Shown in pieces: positions 51,043 through 62,889 of a stretch of 64,000 nucleotides of DNA; positions within the stretch are counted from its first letter, which is position 1; each line of letters begins with the position of its first letter. The notes beneath the pieces are model-generated. The model was not told where the DNA came from. It worked only from the letters and a program-made list of their open reading frames with translations, and ran no database searches. Made by a program: the position numbers and the translations under genes. Source of the stretch: Bilabrum cf. latius. Lineage: Eukaryota. The stretch lies in NCBI GenBank assembly GCA_965178125.1, contig OZ237738.1:1178001-1242000 (forward strand). The letters run 5' to 3'.

Positions 51043-52200
51043 ATGAGTAAGAGAGGAAAGAAAAAAGATAATGATATTAATGAGTCAAGTTTTGGATTTA
51101 ATACGAAGTCTATCACGAACGATTTAATGAAGCCGATAAAGAAACCGAAAGGATTGAATTATGTTAAATATTATAAACCTACTAAAGAGGGGCTTATCCA
51201 ATAGGCTGATTTATTGTATCTCCCTTACGCTACCAAGAACGATTCAAAATATTTATTAGTTGTGATAGATACGAGCGGGTTAGCGTTAGATTTTGAAGAG
51301 TTAAAGGATAGAGGGGCGGAGGATGTGATAAAAGCTTTTCAAAAAATCTATAAAAGAAATTATTTAATGAAACCTAAAATGATACGAACAGATAAAGGGG
51401 GAGAATTTGATAATTAATTATTTAAAGAATATCTAAAGAAGAATAAGATAGAGCATATATTTTCAAGAGTGAAGCGTAAATCGTAGATGGCTTTAGTGGA
51501 GAGATTGAATGAGGAAATAGGGAGAGCTATATTTTATTATTTGAATTCATAGGAGATAAGAACGGGGACAACTATCACGAACTGGAGACATTTAATACCA
51601 AAATTGAGGGAGATATTAAACGAGCGTTATAAAACAAGATAGGAAATGTTGAATAAGAAAAGGGAGAATCTACCATATATACCGCCTAGATGTTAGGGTG
51701 AAGTATGTGATGTATTAAATGAGGGTGAAATGGTAAGAATAGGATTAGATTATCCTAGAAGTATAGAAGGGATAAAGGAAACCGGAGCATTTAGGGCGGG
51801 AGATATTAAATATAGCGTAAAGCCTTATAAAATTGAAAGAGTAATAATAAAACCAGATAACCCCCCATTATATAAAATTGAGGGCATACCCTATACATAC
51901 TTTAATAGAGATTAGTTGTTATTAGCATCTAAACCATACGAGAATAAAGCACAAGATATATTTATAATTGAAAAATTGATAAGAAAGAATAAAAATAATA
52001 CATACAGGGTTAAATGGAAAGATTCATATGTTGATGAGGCTACTAAAAGAAAATATTAGAATGATATAGGTAAAATAATAAAGAGAAGAAAGAATCAAGA
52101 GGGACAAGATGAATATTTAATTCAATGGAAGATAACAACGGAGCCGGCTAAAAATATATCAAAAACTCTAAAGGATAATTTTAATAATAAGACTAAATAA
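51043..52200 (+). pseudogene. Retroviral-type (rve) integrase with C-terminal chromodomain; one in-frame TAA
   Basis: IQ[TAG]ADLL, YLLVVID, IRTDKGGEF, KS[TAG]MALVERLN (DDE triad), FIIEKLI...YRVKWK. Seven TAGs plus a single TAA at 51415-51417. Confidence 0.85.
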
Positions 52201-52236
52201 ATATTATTAATTTATATTTTAATAATATTCAAATAA

Positions 52237-52854
52237 TTACACTCTGTAGGTCATATTATAGACTGACATAACCATCTATGAAAGCCCTTCAAACGTATTA
52301 TACACGCTATACTCATTAGGGTTAAAACTTTTCAAAAATTCAGCTCGTGAATGTCTTGCTACATCCTTATCTTCATTATCTAAATCTTTATGGATTTTGC
52401 TATACAGTTTATCGCTGGGTATAGCTACGCATATGCTGGATTTTTTGAATATTTCTTGTGCTAGTTCAAAATCACTTGTTAAAAAGACTGCTCTATGTTC
52501 TGCTTTCTATAACCAATTTTTCTTTACAGACTCAATACTTTTTTTCATAAGTTCAAATTTTAATAATTTAGCCGTTGATAAGTCCCCTCTTCGTTCTGCT
52601 TCGTTTAGGTATAAAACCTGTTTGGTGTCAGCATTAACTTTAAGGACTTCATCTAAATCAACTAATAGAATATTCGGGTCTATAGACGTTAAACTTTTGT
52701 TAAGTGAACTTTTACCTCCTTTTCGTGGAAGGACTAAACACAATTTTTTACGATTCGCAAGTGAGGAACATAAGTTCCAAAGGAAGCATCCCGCATATCC
52801 TAGAGGAACCAACACCCCACCAACCGTGCTTGCTGTTGCTACTAACTCTGCCAT
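52237..52854 (-). CDS. Viral P-loop protein with hydrophobic N-terminus
   Basis: CLVLPRKGGKSSL and LLVDLD motifs; continues through two TAGs to TAA 52239-52237 (205 aa). Confidence 0.65.
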
Positions 52855-52899
52855 TATATATATCTATACAAAACAAAATATTATTATCCTATAGACTAA

Positions 52900-54978
52900 T
52901 TATTTTAATAATCTTAGTTTTTCAAAGTGTTGATATAAGATTTGTTTTACCTTGTCCTTCACATTATGATTACCTTTACCACCGGCTATATTAAAATATT
53001 GTTGTTCAATTTGTCCTCCTTTATGCTTGCCACATCCACAACTACCGCCCCTGTTCTATGTTTTTATTTTCTAATCAATAATTAAATTAATAGCTTTCAT
53101 TAACATATTATAAGGGTCTTTATTTCCGAAACCTTGAGCTGGTGGTGAATATGTCCATTGAGGCTTCCCGCTTAATTCATATCCCGTATCGTTTAGTCTT
53201 GATTTTGCTAATGTTCTATCACTTCTGGTTGCTCTTCCTTCTGTATTTGCTCTAGCTACTAAAGACCTAACAGCATCAGTTGATAAATTAGGTTGTAAGA
53301 CTCCGGCTTTAAGCCTTCGTATAATATATTTTAAAGTGTTAATTGTTGGGCTGGCGTCTGTTGGATTTATTCCTCTTGCTTTTAACTATGATAATATTTC
53401 ATTTTTATTGCCTTTAGCATTTATTGATTGTCCTATTGATTTGGCTATTTCATCATCTGTTTTCTGTGGTTCTTGTGGTTCTGCTGGTTCTTGTGCTGGT
53501 TCTGCTGGTTGTGCTTGTTGTGCTGGTTCTACGGCTTCTCCATCTCTTGGTACTTCATCTGGGGCTCCCCTCCGTTCTCTAGCTTGTCTTTCTTTTTCTT
53601 CTTGTTGTCTTTGTGCTTCATCTCGTTCTGCCTGTGCTTGTCTTTGTCTGAATTGAACTTCTGTAAGTTGTCTTCCAAATTCATCTGTAATAGGTTCTCC
53701 ATCTTCATCTACTGCCATCGCTTCACCTTTTCCTCTGTCTTGACCTGCGGGGGGTGCTTGTGGTTGTGAGCCTGTTTTTCCTGTTAAATAACTGATACCA
53801 TCCATAACCGATTGTCCTAAAGAACCAAATGTGCTTTGTTGTTGTTCTGGTGATTGTCCTTGTTCTTGTTCTGGTGATTGTCCTTGTGGTGCTGGTGATG
53901 CTTGTAAGAATCCACTAGGTGGAACTGGTGCGGGTGATACTTTTGAAAACTAGCCTGATAAATTTCTACTGGCGTTCTCCCCTTCTTCTTCTTGTCCTGA
54001 TGATTGTGATGCCTCTTGTTCTTGTGCTTTTTGTTTAAGTTCTGATAATTTCTTCTAAGCACTTTTTATAAAATCAACTTTAGACCGTCCTTTTACACCT
54101 TTAACATTTGACTATCTAAGTATTGATGCTAGTTCGGTTTTCTTTGGTGCTTTTCTACTACTTGAAGGATTGGCGTTTGCTACTCTTTCAAGTGCTTCAA
54201 TTTGTTCTTGTAGTTCTGGGCTTAATGCTTCTTGTGGTGTTGGAGGGGGTTTTGGTCTTGGTTCTGGTGGCGGTTGCGGGTTATCTGGTTCAGGTCTATC
54301 AGGTTGCGGGTCATCTCTTTGCTATTGTTGAACGGCTTCAGGAGGATTTAAAACATCCTATAAAGCATTAACAGCGTCATCAACTTTTGTTAATTGTGAA
54401 ACATTCTATCCTTGGGGGGTTTTCGTGATTCCAGCTTGTCGTAAAGCGTTTCGTATTTGAACTGCTTTTAATCCTCTCATATCGCTTGGTAATTGTTCTA
54501 ATACTGCGTCCCGTTGTGCTTTGGTGGTTGTGAATAATCTCATATTAATATTTTTAATTCCATCAAATACCTTTTTCTTATCGCTTGCTGGTCCTACTAC
54601 CTACCTTACATTAATATTATTAATGGTATCTACAACCTATCTTTTTAATTTATCCGGTAAATCTGGATTTCTATTTATAAATGATTGTAAATTTTCTATT
54701 TGATAAATTGGTAATTCTTTTTTAGCGTTCATAGTCTTAATATTTTTAATAATATTTTCAATTCCTTGTTGTTGTTGTTGTCTTTCAATTCTAACATCAA
54801 TAGGAACATAATTAGCACGAAGAAAAGCATCATCTTTTAGGGTTTTTCTTCTGGCTTCTGCTTCATCTTCTTCTTGCTATATCATTAATCTAACTTGTGG
54901 GTCATTTTGTATCCTAAGTTGATTAGACCGTTTCTACATAATACCCTTCAGTAAATCATTAATTGTATTGTTTGACAT
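52900..54978 (-). CDS. Large viral Gln/Pro/Glu-rich protein (~692 aa)
   Basis: Frame open from ATG 54978 to TAA 52902-52900 with about 13 TAGs, several inside CAA (Gln) runs such as CAA CAA TAG CAA. Confidence 0.75.
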
Positions 54979-55055
54979 TGTATATATATATTATTAATGA
55001 TATAATTAATAATTTATAAACTTAAGAGATAATTTGTCAATTGGTAGGCTGTCTT

Positions 55056-55445
55056 TTAAAATGAAATATCCTTATTCATAAGGTCGTGTTTCTTTATAAA
55101 AGCATTGCTGGCTTTCATTGTCATTCCCTTTTGACGGCACCATTTCATTAATTTATCCCTCTTTAACTATTTAGCACTACGGGGCTTTTTAGCTTTAGGG
55201 GCTTTCTTTGAACCCTTCTTTTTTCCTCCAGCGAGATAATTGGGACCTCCAGCGAGAACGTTCGGCTATCCACCAAGAAAGTTTACAGCTCCCCCTTTTG
55301 TCTTTCCTTTTGTGGTTGCGTTTAATATTTGGTTTGCGGTATCTTCAACCATTTTATCAATTTCTTTTTTATAATCATTTCTGTTTATTCCAAGATGATG
55401 AAGGCTTTTATTTGTCATATCATTTATGCTCTATTTAACGCTCAT
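55056..55445 (-). CDS. Small basic protein, candidate virion core / DNA-condensing protein
   Basis: 129 aa with three TAGs: ...KGGAVNFLGG[TAG]PNVLAGGPNYLAGGKKKGSKKAPKAKKPRSAK...; absent from the ORF track. Confidence 0.7.
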
Positions 55446-55502
55446 ATTATTGTATATATTGGGTATATATAATTTGTTATTTATCCATACTTATAATATA
55501 TA

Positions 55503-56318
55503 ATGAAAATTAATGAATTGACACAAGCTTATTTTAATGAATACGAGAACGATATATTTGATGAGGTGAATTTTAAGAAGGGGGCTAATTTATTTTTAAA
55601 TGGTTCGTATGCTATTCCTTATTATTCCTTGTTTGCTAGTGATATAGATTTATATTAGAGGGTAGAGCCTGAATTTATAAATAGTTTAATAAGATTTGTA
55701 AAGGTTTTTATAAGTTAGGTTAATTTTATTGAGGTTAAAGCTGGTAATAAAAAATACAAGACCATAAAAGCATTCATATCTACACCCGTTAAAACCATTT
55801 ATAAATAGATATTTAGCGGAGATAAACCATACTTAAAAATTGATTTTTGGGCTTTTGATGGAAAATTTATAGATGAAATAAGCATAATTTATCATATAAG
55901 TGATTATGAAATAGATTAGGACGAGGTAAAAGATGGATTAATAAGAGATGTAGATAAATACTTTGGTTCTAATAATTTTAAAGTATTAAAACGATTGAAG
56001 GATTTATTTAAATTAAGAGGTGAGAAGAGGAATGAAAAAAGAGTCAATGATTTAATTGATAGGGAAGCATTAGGATATTTATATTCCATAAGAATGCGAT
56101 TAGAAAGTATGCTAAGAATAAAAGGACATCAAAGCGAGAAGTCAAAATCATTTCAAAGCCTAAAAGGACTAATGAGAAAAGCATTAGGAAATGTGGAAAT
56201 AATAAAACAATTTTCAAAGTATTCTAAAGCAAATATTAATAAGATAATATCGTGGATTGACCAATACATAAATAGGAAAACACGGGCGGAAATTAAAAAT
56301 ATAATTATGTCTCTATAA
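55503..56318 (+). CDS. Virophage protein with nucleotidyltransferase-like motif (Sputnik V21-like by recollection)
   Basis: LNGSYAIPYYSLFASDIDLY fits hGS-x(9-13)-DhDh; FIEVKAG, KIDF, NFKVLKRL; four TAGs; ends TAA. Confidence 0.65.
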
Positions 56319-56410
56319 CTTTTTTTGTGAGGAAGGATAGAAGAAGGAACCAACTTAATATTTTAAACCCGTGTGAATAAATGGTTTATTTTATTTTATT
56401 ATTATATATA

Positions 56411-57481
56411 ATGCTATCTTTACAATATACGGAAAATAGCCATATTGTAGCTATTCAAAAATATAAAAAAACACAATAGAACCGGTTTATTTATTACGAC
56501 CCGAACGCTAAAGATATTCAACACGTCAAAGCGGAAGAGATAACAGATGATGTTTTAAAATCTTATTACGGAGAAAGCCGAGTAAGATATAACGTTGATA
56601 AGGACAAGAAAAGGGAACAATTACATAAACTATTACAAGATGAATATATACGGTCAGTTTAGGAATTTGCGATTAAAGATAATAGTCAATATTTACCTTT
56701 TCCTATGCTCTTTCCATAGGGGCGTGAATATGTGCGATTATTTGGTAAGAGTGGAAGCGGGAAAAGTCATTTAGCTTTACATTATATAAGGATGTATAGA
56801 GGATTAAAATATAAAAATATGTATGTTATATCACCAATTCAAGACCCTAAATATAAAAGAGAAGGCGCGACCTTCATTGATATAGATGATTTGGTTAAAG
56901 AGAATGAAAACACTTTATATAAGGAAAAAATGGCTTATTATAAAAAAATGAAATTAGAATTTAAATATAAAAAATCTTCTTTGATGAAATCTAAACCTTT
57001 AGATGTTGTTATTGAAGCTGAAAGAAAGATAGAGGATTTGAAACCTGAGAAAGATTTAATAGAAAAAGGTTTTAAATTAAATGTTGAGTTTTTTAAAAAA
57101 TTGACCGCTGAACCTAATTTATTTATTCTGGATGATTACGAAGGCTTTAAAAAAAGGAACCAGAAAGCAAAGGCTTATTTTTTATTGGAAATCCTAGCAA
57201 CTACAGGAAGGCACACAGCAAGTAGCGTTTTAGACATCACCCACAAAATAAGCGACGGTATGAAGACACGAACCATTATGAACGAAATTACAACCCATAT
57301 CATTTATAAAACAATTACAGCTAAAAGTTTAAAATATATTTTAGAAACAGTCTTAAGTTTTGACGCTCCTACTAGAAAACGAATTAAAAAAACCCTTCAT
57401 TCTCTCCCTCTCTTTGGTTATGTTGCTATTAATGTTGATAATAATTATGTAGTTAGCACAAAAAAAATATTTCTCTATTGA
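56411..57481 (+). CDS. FtsK-HerA family genome-packaging ATPase
   Basis: Walker A GKSGSGKS, Walker B LFILDD, GRH motif; N-terminal 107 codons join via three TAGs; ends TGA. Confidence 0.9.
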
Positions 57482-57489
57482 ATATATAA

Positions 57490-58065
57490 ATGAACATAAA
57501 CGACTTAAATAGACTAGTCCAAACACCGTTATCTCCTTTAGAAATTCAAAAATTAGGTGTAGCACATTTGAATTACAAACCTAGAATAGTTATTTACGAT
57601 GATATTATTAAATAGACCTCATCTATTGAACATATTTTTGATGGTTATGACGGCGTAATTATTTATTATCCTAATAAAAAGACGGGACTAAATAGCACAT
57701 ACGGTCATTTCATTTCATTGACCAGAAAACCATCAAGCAAAATAATATACTTCTTTGATAGCTATGGAGAAAAACCCGACCAATAGAAACCATTTATTAA
57801 TAGAGACCAATTGTATCAAGGAGAAGGAGAAGAAAATACGCTGGTAAAGTATTTAATTGATTAGAAAATGGAAGGTTGGAAAATTGATTATAATCATAAA
57901 CCGATTTAGAGTTATGCTAACAACAGCGCTACGTGTGGAAGATGGGCTCTATTAAGAAACGCTTTTTCTTTCTTATCAAATGATTAGTTTGTAAATGAAA
58001 TGTTTAGAATATCCAAAATTATGGCTCTTAGTCCTGATTAGTTAGTGGCGTTGCTTCTACATTGA
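57490..58065 (+). CDS. Adenain-like cysteine (maturation) protease
   Basis: GHFISL (His), YFFDSYG (Asp), YNHKPI[TAG]SYANNSATCGRW (oxyanion Gln + catalytic Cys); six TAGs; ends TGA; absent from the ORF track. Confidence 0.92.
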
Positions 58066-58348
58066 ATACTCCGACCATCTAATAAAAGGGCTAGAATAAA
58101 ATAATAAAATATGATTATCTCTAAAATAAAATCCATACGATGGCTATATCCACAAATTGCGTATATATTATAGTGTTTTCTAGCAAAACGTGGATGTAGG
58201 GCCTCTTGTGAAGGTGAAATGAAGATATAAGCCCTTTTATTTAGAAAAGTTCCATCGTTTTAGAAGGGCAATTTTTCATCCATCTAAATTCAATCAAACT
58301 TTTAAATATATTGGTAAAAGTGAAGGGTAAAAATCAAGATGAAATATT

Positions 58349-61300
58349 ATAATGCTAACGCCGAATGGGGTTCGGGGTTGATGTGGCGATGCGTTCGAGA
58401 CTCGAACACAGGCTCCGGTCTACCAACGCGAGGTTGCAACCGCCAGTGCGACCAGCAGCTTGCGAGGCATTCCCTCGTCTCCTTCCTTAGGGAAGGGGGC
58501 GGGGCAGCGCGGCAGTGGCCGTTCCGGCTCATGCCGTTGTTTTGTTTAGTATTTATGTTCGGTTTGGTGCTCACACGGGTAGTGCTTAACGCCGTGTCAA
58601 CTATCGCGCGTGTCCATGTGGGTCCGTTCGGCCTACATCGTGCATCCATCCTCGGCCTACTTGGCGCTCCAGTGGATCCGAACCAATATTTACTTCGATG
58701 TGATCCATCTTTCTCGGCACATCGATGGGACTTCGGTCCGTTGGGCTCGGCTGCTGCTTGCGCCACGGTCTCCCGGGTGTGTGCTCGCCGATGGCATTTT
58801 CGCGCGATCTCTGCGTCCCTCCCTTTCGTACTTGTTCCTACGCACGGCCATGCATGTAGAAACATATTCAAATGGTTCGATCTTACGGTTTTCCGACGAC
58901 CCAGCCTTTCCGTTGGCGAGGCGCGCTCCGCTTTTCCGGTCGCACCTCGAAAGCAACCACTTTCGGCCAGATCAGCCATCGTACCAGGATACAGCACGAT
59001 TTGCACCTATCGAGTGACTGATCATTTGAATTGTGCAGGGTGGGCACGTAGTCAGCTTGGACTCCATCGTCCTCTGGCTGCCGACGACAGCAGGCTCGGT
59101 GAGCCTTCGTCATCGTCCAGACAACCCTGCAGCTCGCACCAGGCGTGCGTGCAGGAGGTCGAAGCGAGCAGCGCGGTGTGGCGCAGCTCGTAGACGGAGG
59201 CCGGCCTGGAGCCTGGTCGGTTGACGCAGCATCAGTGGTGGGCTGGTGCTGTGTCTTGCGCGGGTGCCGGAGCTTGGCCACGGTGGCCTGCTGCTCCCTG
59301 CGCCCCACGCGCAGTTCCTCCCGCTCCGGCGGATGAGTCAGCAGTGGCACGTTGCCACCGGCTGACGACGACAGCAGGCTCGGTGAGCCTTCGTCATCGT
59401 CCAGAAAACCCTGCAGCTCGCACCAGGCGTGCGTGCAGGAGGTCGAAGCGAGCAGCGCGGTGTGGCGCAGCTCGTAGACGGAGGCCGGCCTGGAGCCTGG
59501 TCGGTTGACGCAGCATCAGTGGTGGGCTGGTGCTGTGTCTTTGCGCGGGTGCCGGAGCTTGGCCACGATGGCCTGCTGCTCCCTGCGCCCCACGCGCAGT
59601 TCCTCCCGCTCCGGCGGATGAGTCAGCAGTGGCACGTTGCCACCGGCTGACGACGACAGCAGGCTCGGTGAGCCTTCGTCATCGTCCAGAAAACCCTGCA
59701 GCTCGCACCAGGCGTGCGTGCAGGAGGTCGAAGCGAGCAGCGCGGTGTGGCGCAGCTCGTAGACGGAGGCCGGCCTGGAGCCTGGTCGGTTGCCGCAGCA
59801 TCAGTGGTGGGCTGGTGCTGTGTCTTGCGCGGGTGCCGGAGCCTGGCCACGATGGCCTGCTGCTCCCTGCGCCCACGCGCAGTTCCTCCCGCTCCGGCGG
59901 ATGAGTCAGCAGTGGCACGTTGCCACCGGCTGACGACGACAGCAGGCTCGGTGAGCCTTCGTCATCGTCCAGAAAACCCTGCAGCTCGCACCAGGCGTGC
60001 GTGCAGGAGGTCGAAGCGAGCAGCGCGGTGTGGCGCAGCTCGTAGACGGAGGCCGGCCTGGAGCCTGGTCGGTTGACGCAGCATCAGTGGTGGGCTGGTG
60101 CTGTGTCTTGCGCGGGTGCCGGAGCTTGGCCACGATGGCCTGCTGCTCCCTGTGCCCCACGCGCAGTTCCTCCCGCTCCGGCGGATGAGTCAGCAGTGGC
60201 GCGTTGCCACCGGCTGACGACGACAGCAGGCTCGGTGAGCCTTCGTCATCGTCCAGAAAACCCTGCAGCTCGCACCAGGCGTGCGTGCAGGAGGTCGAAG
60301 CGAGCAGCGCGGTGTGGCGCAGCTCGTAGACGGAGGCCGGCCTGGAGCCTGGTCGGTTGCCGCAGCATCAGTGGTGGGCTGGTGCTGTGTCTTGCGCGGG
60401 TGCCGGAGCTGGGCCACGATGGCCTGCTGCTCCCTGCGCCCCACGCGCAGTTCCTCCCGCTCCGGCGGATGAGTCAGCAGTGGCACGTTGCCACCGGCTG
60501 ACGACGACAGCAGGCTCGATGAGCCTTCGTCATCGTCCAGAAAACCCTGCAGCTCGCACCAGGCGTGCGTGCAGGAGGTCGAAGCGAGCAGCGCGGTGTG
60601 GCGCAGCTCGTAGACGGAGGCCGGCCTGGAGCCTGGTCGGTTGCCGCAGCATCAGTGGTGGGCTGGTGCTGTGTCTTGCGCGGGTGCCGGAGCCTGGCCA
60701 CGATGGCCTGCTGCTCCCTGCGCCCCACGCGCAGTTCTCCCGCTCCGGCGGATGAGTCAGCAGGGGCACGTTGCCACCGACTGACGACGACAGCAGGCTC
60801 GGTGAGCCTTCGTCATCGTCCAGAAAACCCTGCAGCTCGCACCAGGCGTGCGTGCAGGAGGTCGAAGCGAGCAGCGCGGTGTGGCGCAGCTCGTAGACGG
60901 AGGCCGGCCTGGAGCCTGGTCGGTTGACGCAGCATCAGTGGTGGGCTGGTGCTGTGTCTTTGCGCGGGTGCCGGAGCTTGGCCACGATGGCCTGCTGCTC
61001 CCTGCGCCCCACGCGCAGTTCCTCCCGCTCCGGCGGATGAGTCAGCAGTGGCACGTTGCCACCGGCTGACGACGACAGCAGGCTCGGTGAGCCTTCGTCA
61101 TCGTCCAGAAAACCCTGCAGCTCGCACCAGGCGTGCGTGCAGGAGGTTGAAGCGAGCAGCGCGGTGTGGCGCAGCTCGTAGACGGAGGCCGGCCTGGAGC
61201 CTGGTCGGTTGACGCAGCATCAGTGGTGGGCTGGTGCTGTGTCTTTGCGCGGGTGCCGGAGCTTGGCCACGATGGCCTGCTGCTCCCTGCGCCCCACGCG

Positions 61301-62837
61301 CAGTTCCTCCCGCTCCGGCGGATGAGTCAGCAGTGGCACGTTGCCACCGGCTGACGACGACAGCAGGCTCGGTGAGCCTTCGTCATCGTCCAGAAAACCC
61401 TGCAGCTCGCACCAGGCGTGCGTGCAGGAGGTCGAAGCGAGCAGCGCGGTGTGGCGCAGCTCGTAGACGGAGGCCGGCCTGGAGCCTGGTCGGTTGCCGC
61501 AGCATCAGTGGTGGGCTGGTGCTGTGTCTTGCGCGGGTGCCGGAGCTTGGCCACGGTGGCCTGCTGCTCCCTGCGCCCCACGCGCAGTTCCTCCCGCTCC
61601 GGCGGATGAGTCAGCAGTGGCACGTTGCCACCGGCTGACGACGACAGCAGGCTCGGTGAGCCTTCGTCATCGTCCAGAAAACCCTGCAGCTCGCACCAGG
61701 CGTGCATGCAGGAGGTCGAAGCGAGCAGCGCGGTGTGGCGCAGCTCGTAGACGGAGGCCGGCCTGGAGCCTGGTCGGTTGACGCAGCATCAGTGGTGGGC
61801 TGGTGCTGTGTCTTTGCGCGGGTGCCGGAGCCTGGCCACGATGGCCTGCTGCTCCCTGCGCCCACGCGCAGTTCTCCCGCTCCGGCGGATGAGTCAGCAG
61901 TGGCACGTTGCCATTGACTGACGCCCCCTCGTCAGGCTTGCTCCCTACATCCAGTAGTTTGGAGCACCCTGATTTCCCGCTTTGCGGATGAGTCACTGCG
62001 GGTATATTCTCCGGCAGCTGACGATCTCTTGGGCCACATGGTTCCTCGCCCAGGAACAGGCATGTAGACACAGTGGTAGCCACTCCACTGGCCTACTTGC
62101 AGGTTCCCAATCGACTGGTTCTTCCACGGATGTCGCCGTACGTACCTCCTTTGGCACAACCCGACTGCATAGTCGATGAGTTGTGTCAACGGACTCAACG
62201 CCGGCGCGGTTTCGTCCCTGACCTACGGTCGTCGACTCGACTACCGCTATCATCGACTGTTTCCACACGTCCTACAGATGGTCCCGACAACCAGTCAACT
62301 TCAATGATCAAGGCATGGCGATGTAAGACTTGGCTGATAGTGGAGCGGACGCGCAACCGACGGTTCTGGTGCTTTCCAACCGACGTCGGCGCGCGGTCTG
62401 CTCAGATTGGCCATGCTTTGCCCATGTCTTGATTGAACTGGAGACGAAGTGTGTCGAGTAAGCATCGTTGCATCATAATGCTAACGCCGAATGGGGTTCG
62501 GGGTTGATGTGGCGATGCGTTCGAGACTCGAACACAGGCTCCGGTCTACCAACGCGAGGTTGCAACCGCCAGTGCGACCAGCAGCTTGCGAGGCATTCCC
62601 TCGTCTCCTTCCTTAGGGAAGGGGGCGGGGCAGCGCGGCAGTGGCCGTTCCGGCTCATGCCGTTGTTTTGTCCCACCCTCCTCTCCCTGGTTTGGCTGAT
62701 AGTGGAGCGGACGCGCAACCGACGGTTCTGGTGCTTTCCAACCGACGTCGGCGCGCGGTCTGCTCAGATTGGCCATGCTTTGCCCATGTCTTGATTGAAC
62801 TGGAGACGAAGTGTGTCGAGTAAGCATCGTTGCATCA
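58349..62837 (+). mobile_element. Non-autonomous Ngaro-type (tyrosine-recombinase retrotransposon) element with split direct repeats
   Basis: A1 58349-58545 = A2 62475-62671 (197 bp); B1 62330-62475 = B2 62692-62837 (146 bp); order A1-internal-B1-A2-B2; GC-rich island in AT-rich virus; no target-site duplication; no RT/RNaseH/YR motifs seen. Confidence 0.85.
59080..61913 (+). repeat. Tandem array of ten ~284-bp GC-rich units
   Basis: gacgacagcaggctcg recurs about every 283-285 bp, ten times. Confidence 0.95.
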
Positions 62838-62889
62838 GATAAGGTTTATTAATAAATATTTATTTGTATAGCTTTAATATATAAATAAA

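Noticed and set aside
47273-58348. Bacterial (Mollicutes/phage) contamination suggested by DUF285 and low GC
   Set aside because: Gene set is virophage-type, there are no Shine-Dalgarno patterns, it shares the host's UAG usage and carries a eukaryotic retroelement.
58339-59193. 284-aa ORF as Ngaro gag/ORF1
   Set aside because: It starts in viral DNA outside the element, crosses the A repeat and shows no recognisable motif.
59363-59410. Hammerhead-like CTGACGA...GAAA in the 284-bp unit
   Set aside because: The bases flanking the core do not close stem II (C opposite A) and I could not identify stems I and III; not called as a ribozyme.
59080-61913. CRISPR array or coding repeat
   Set aside because: Units are contiguous near-identical repeats without unique spacers, no cas genes are present, and unit length does not preserve frame.
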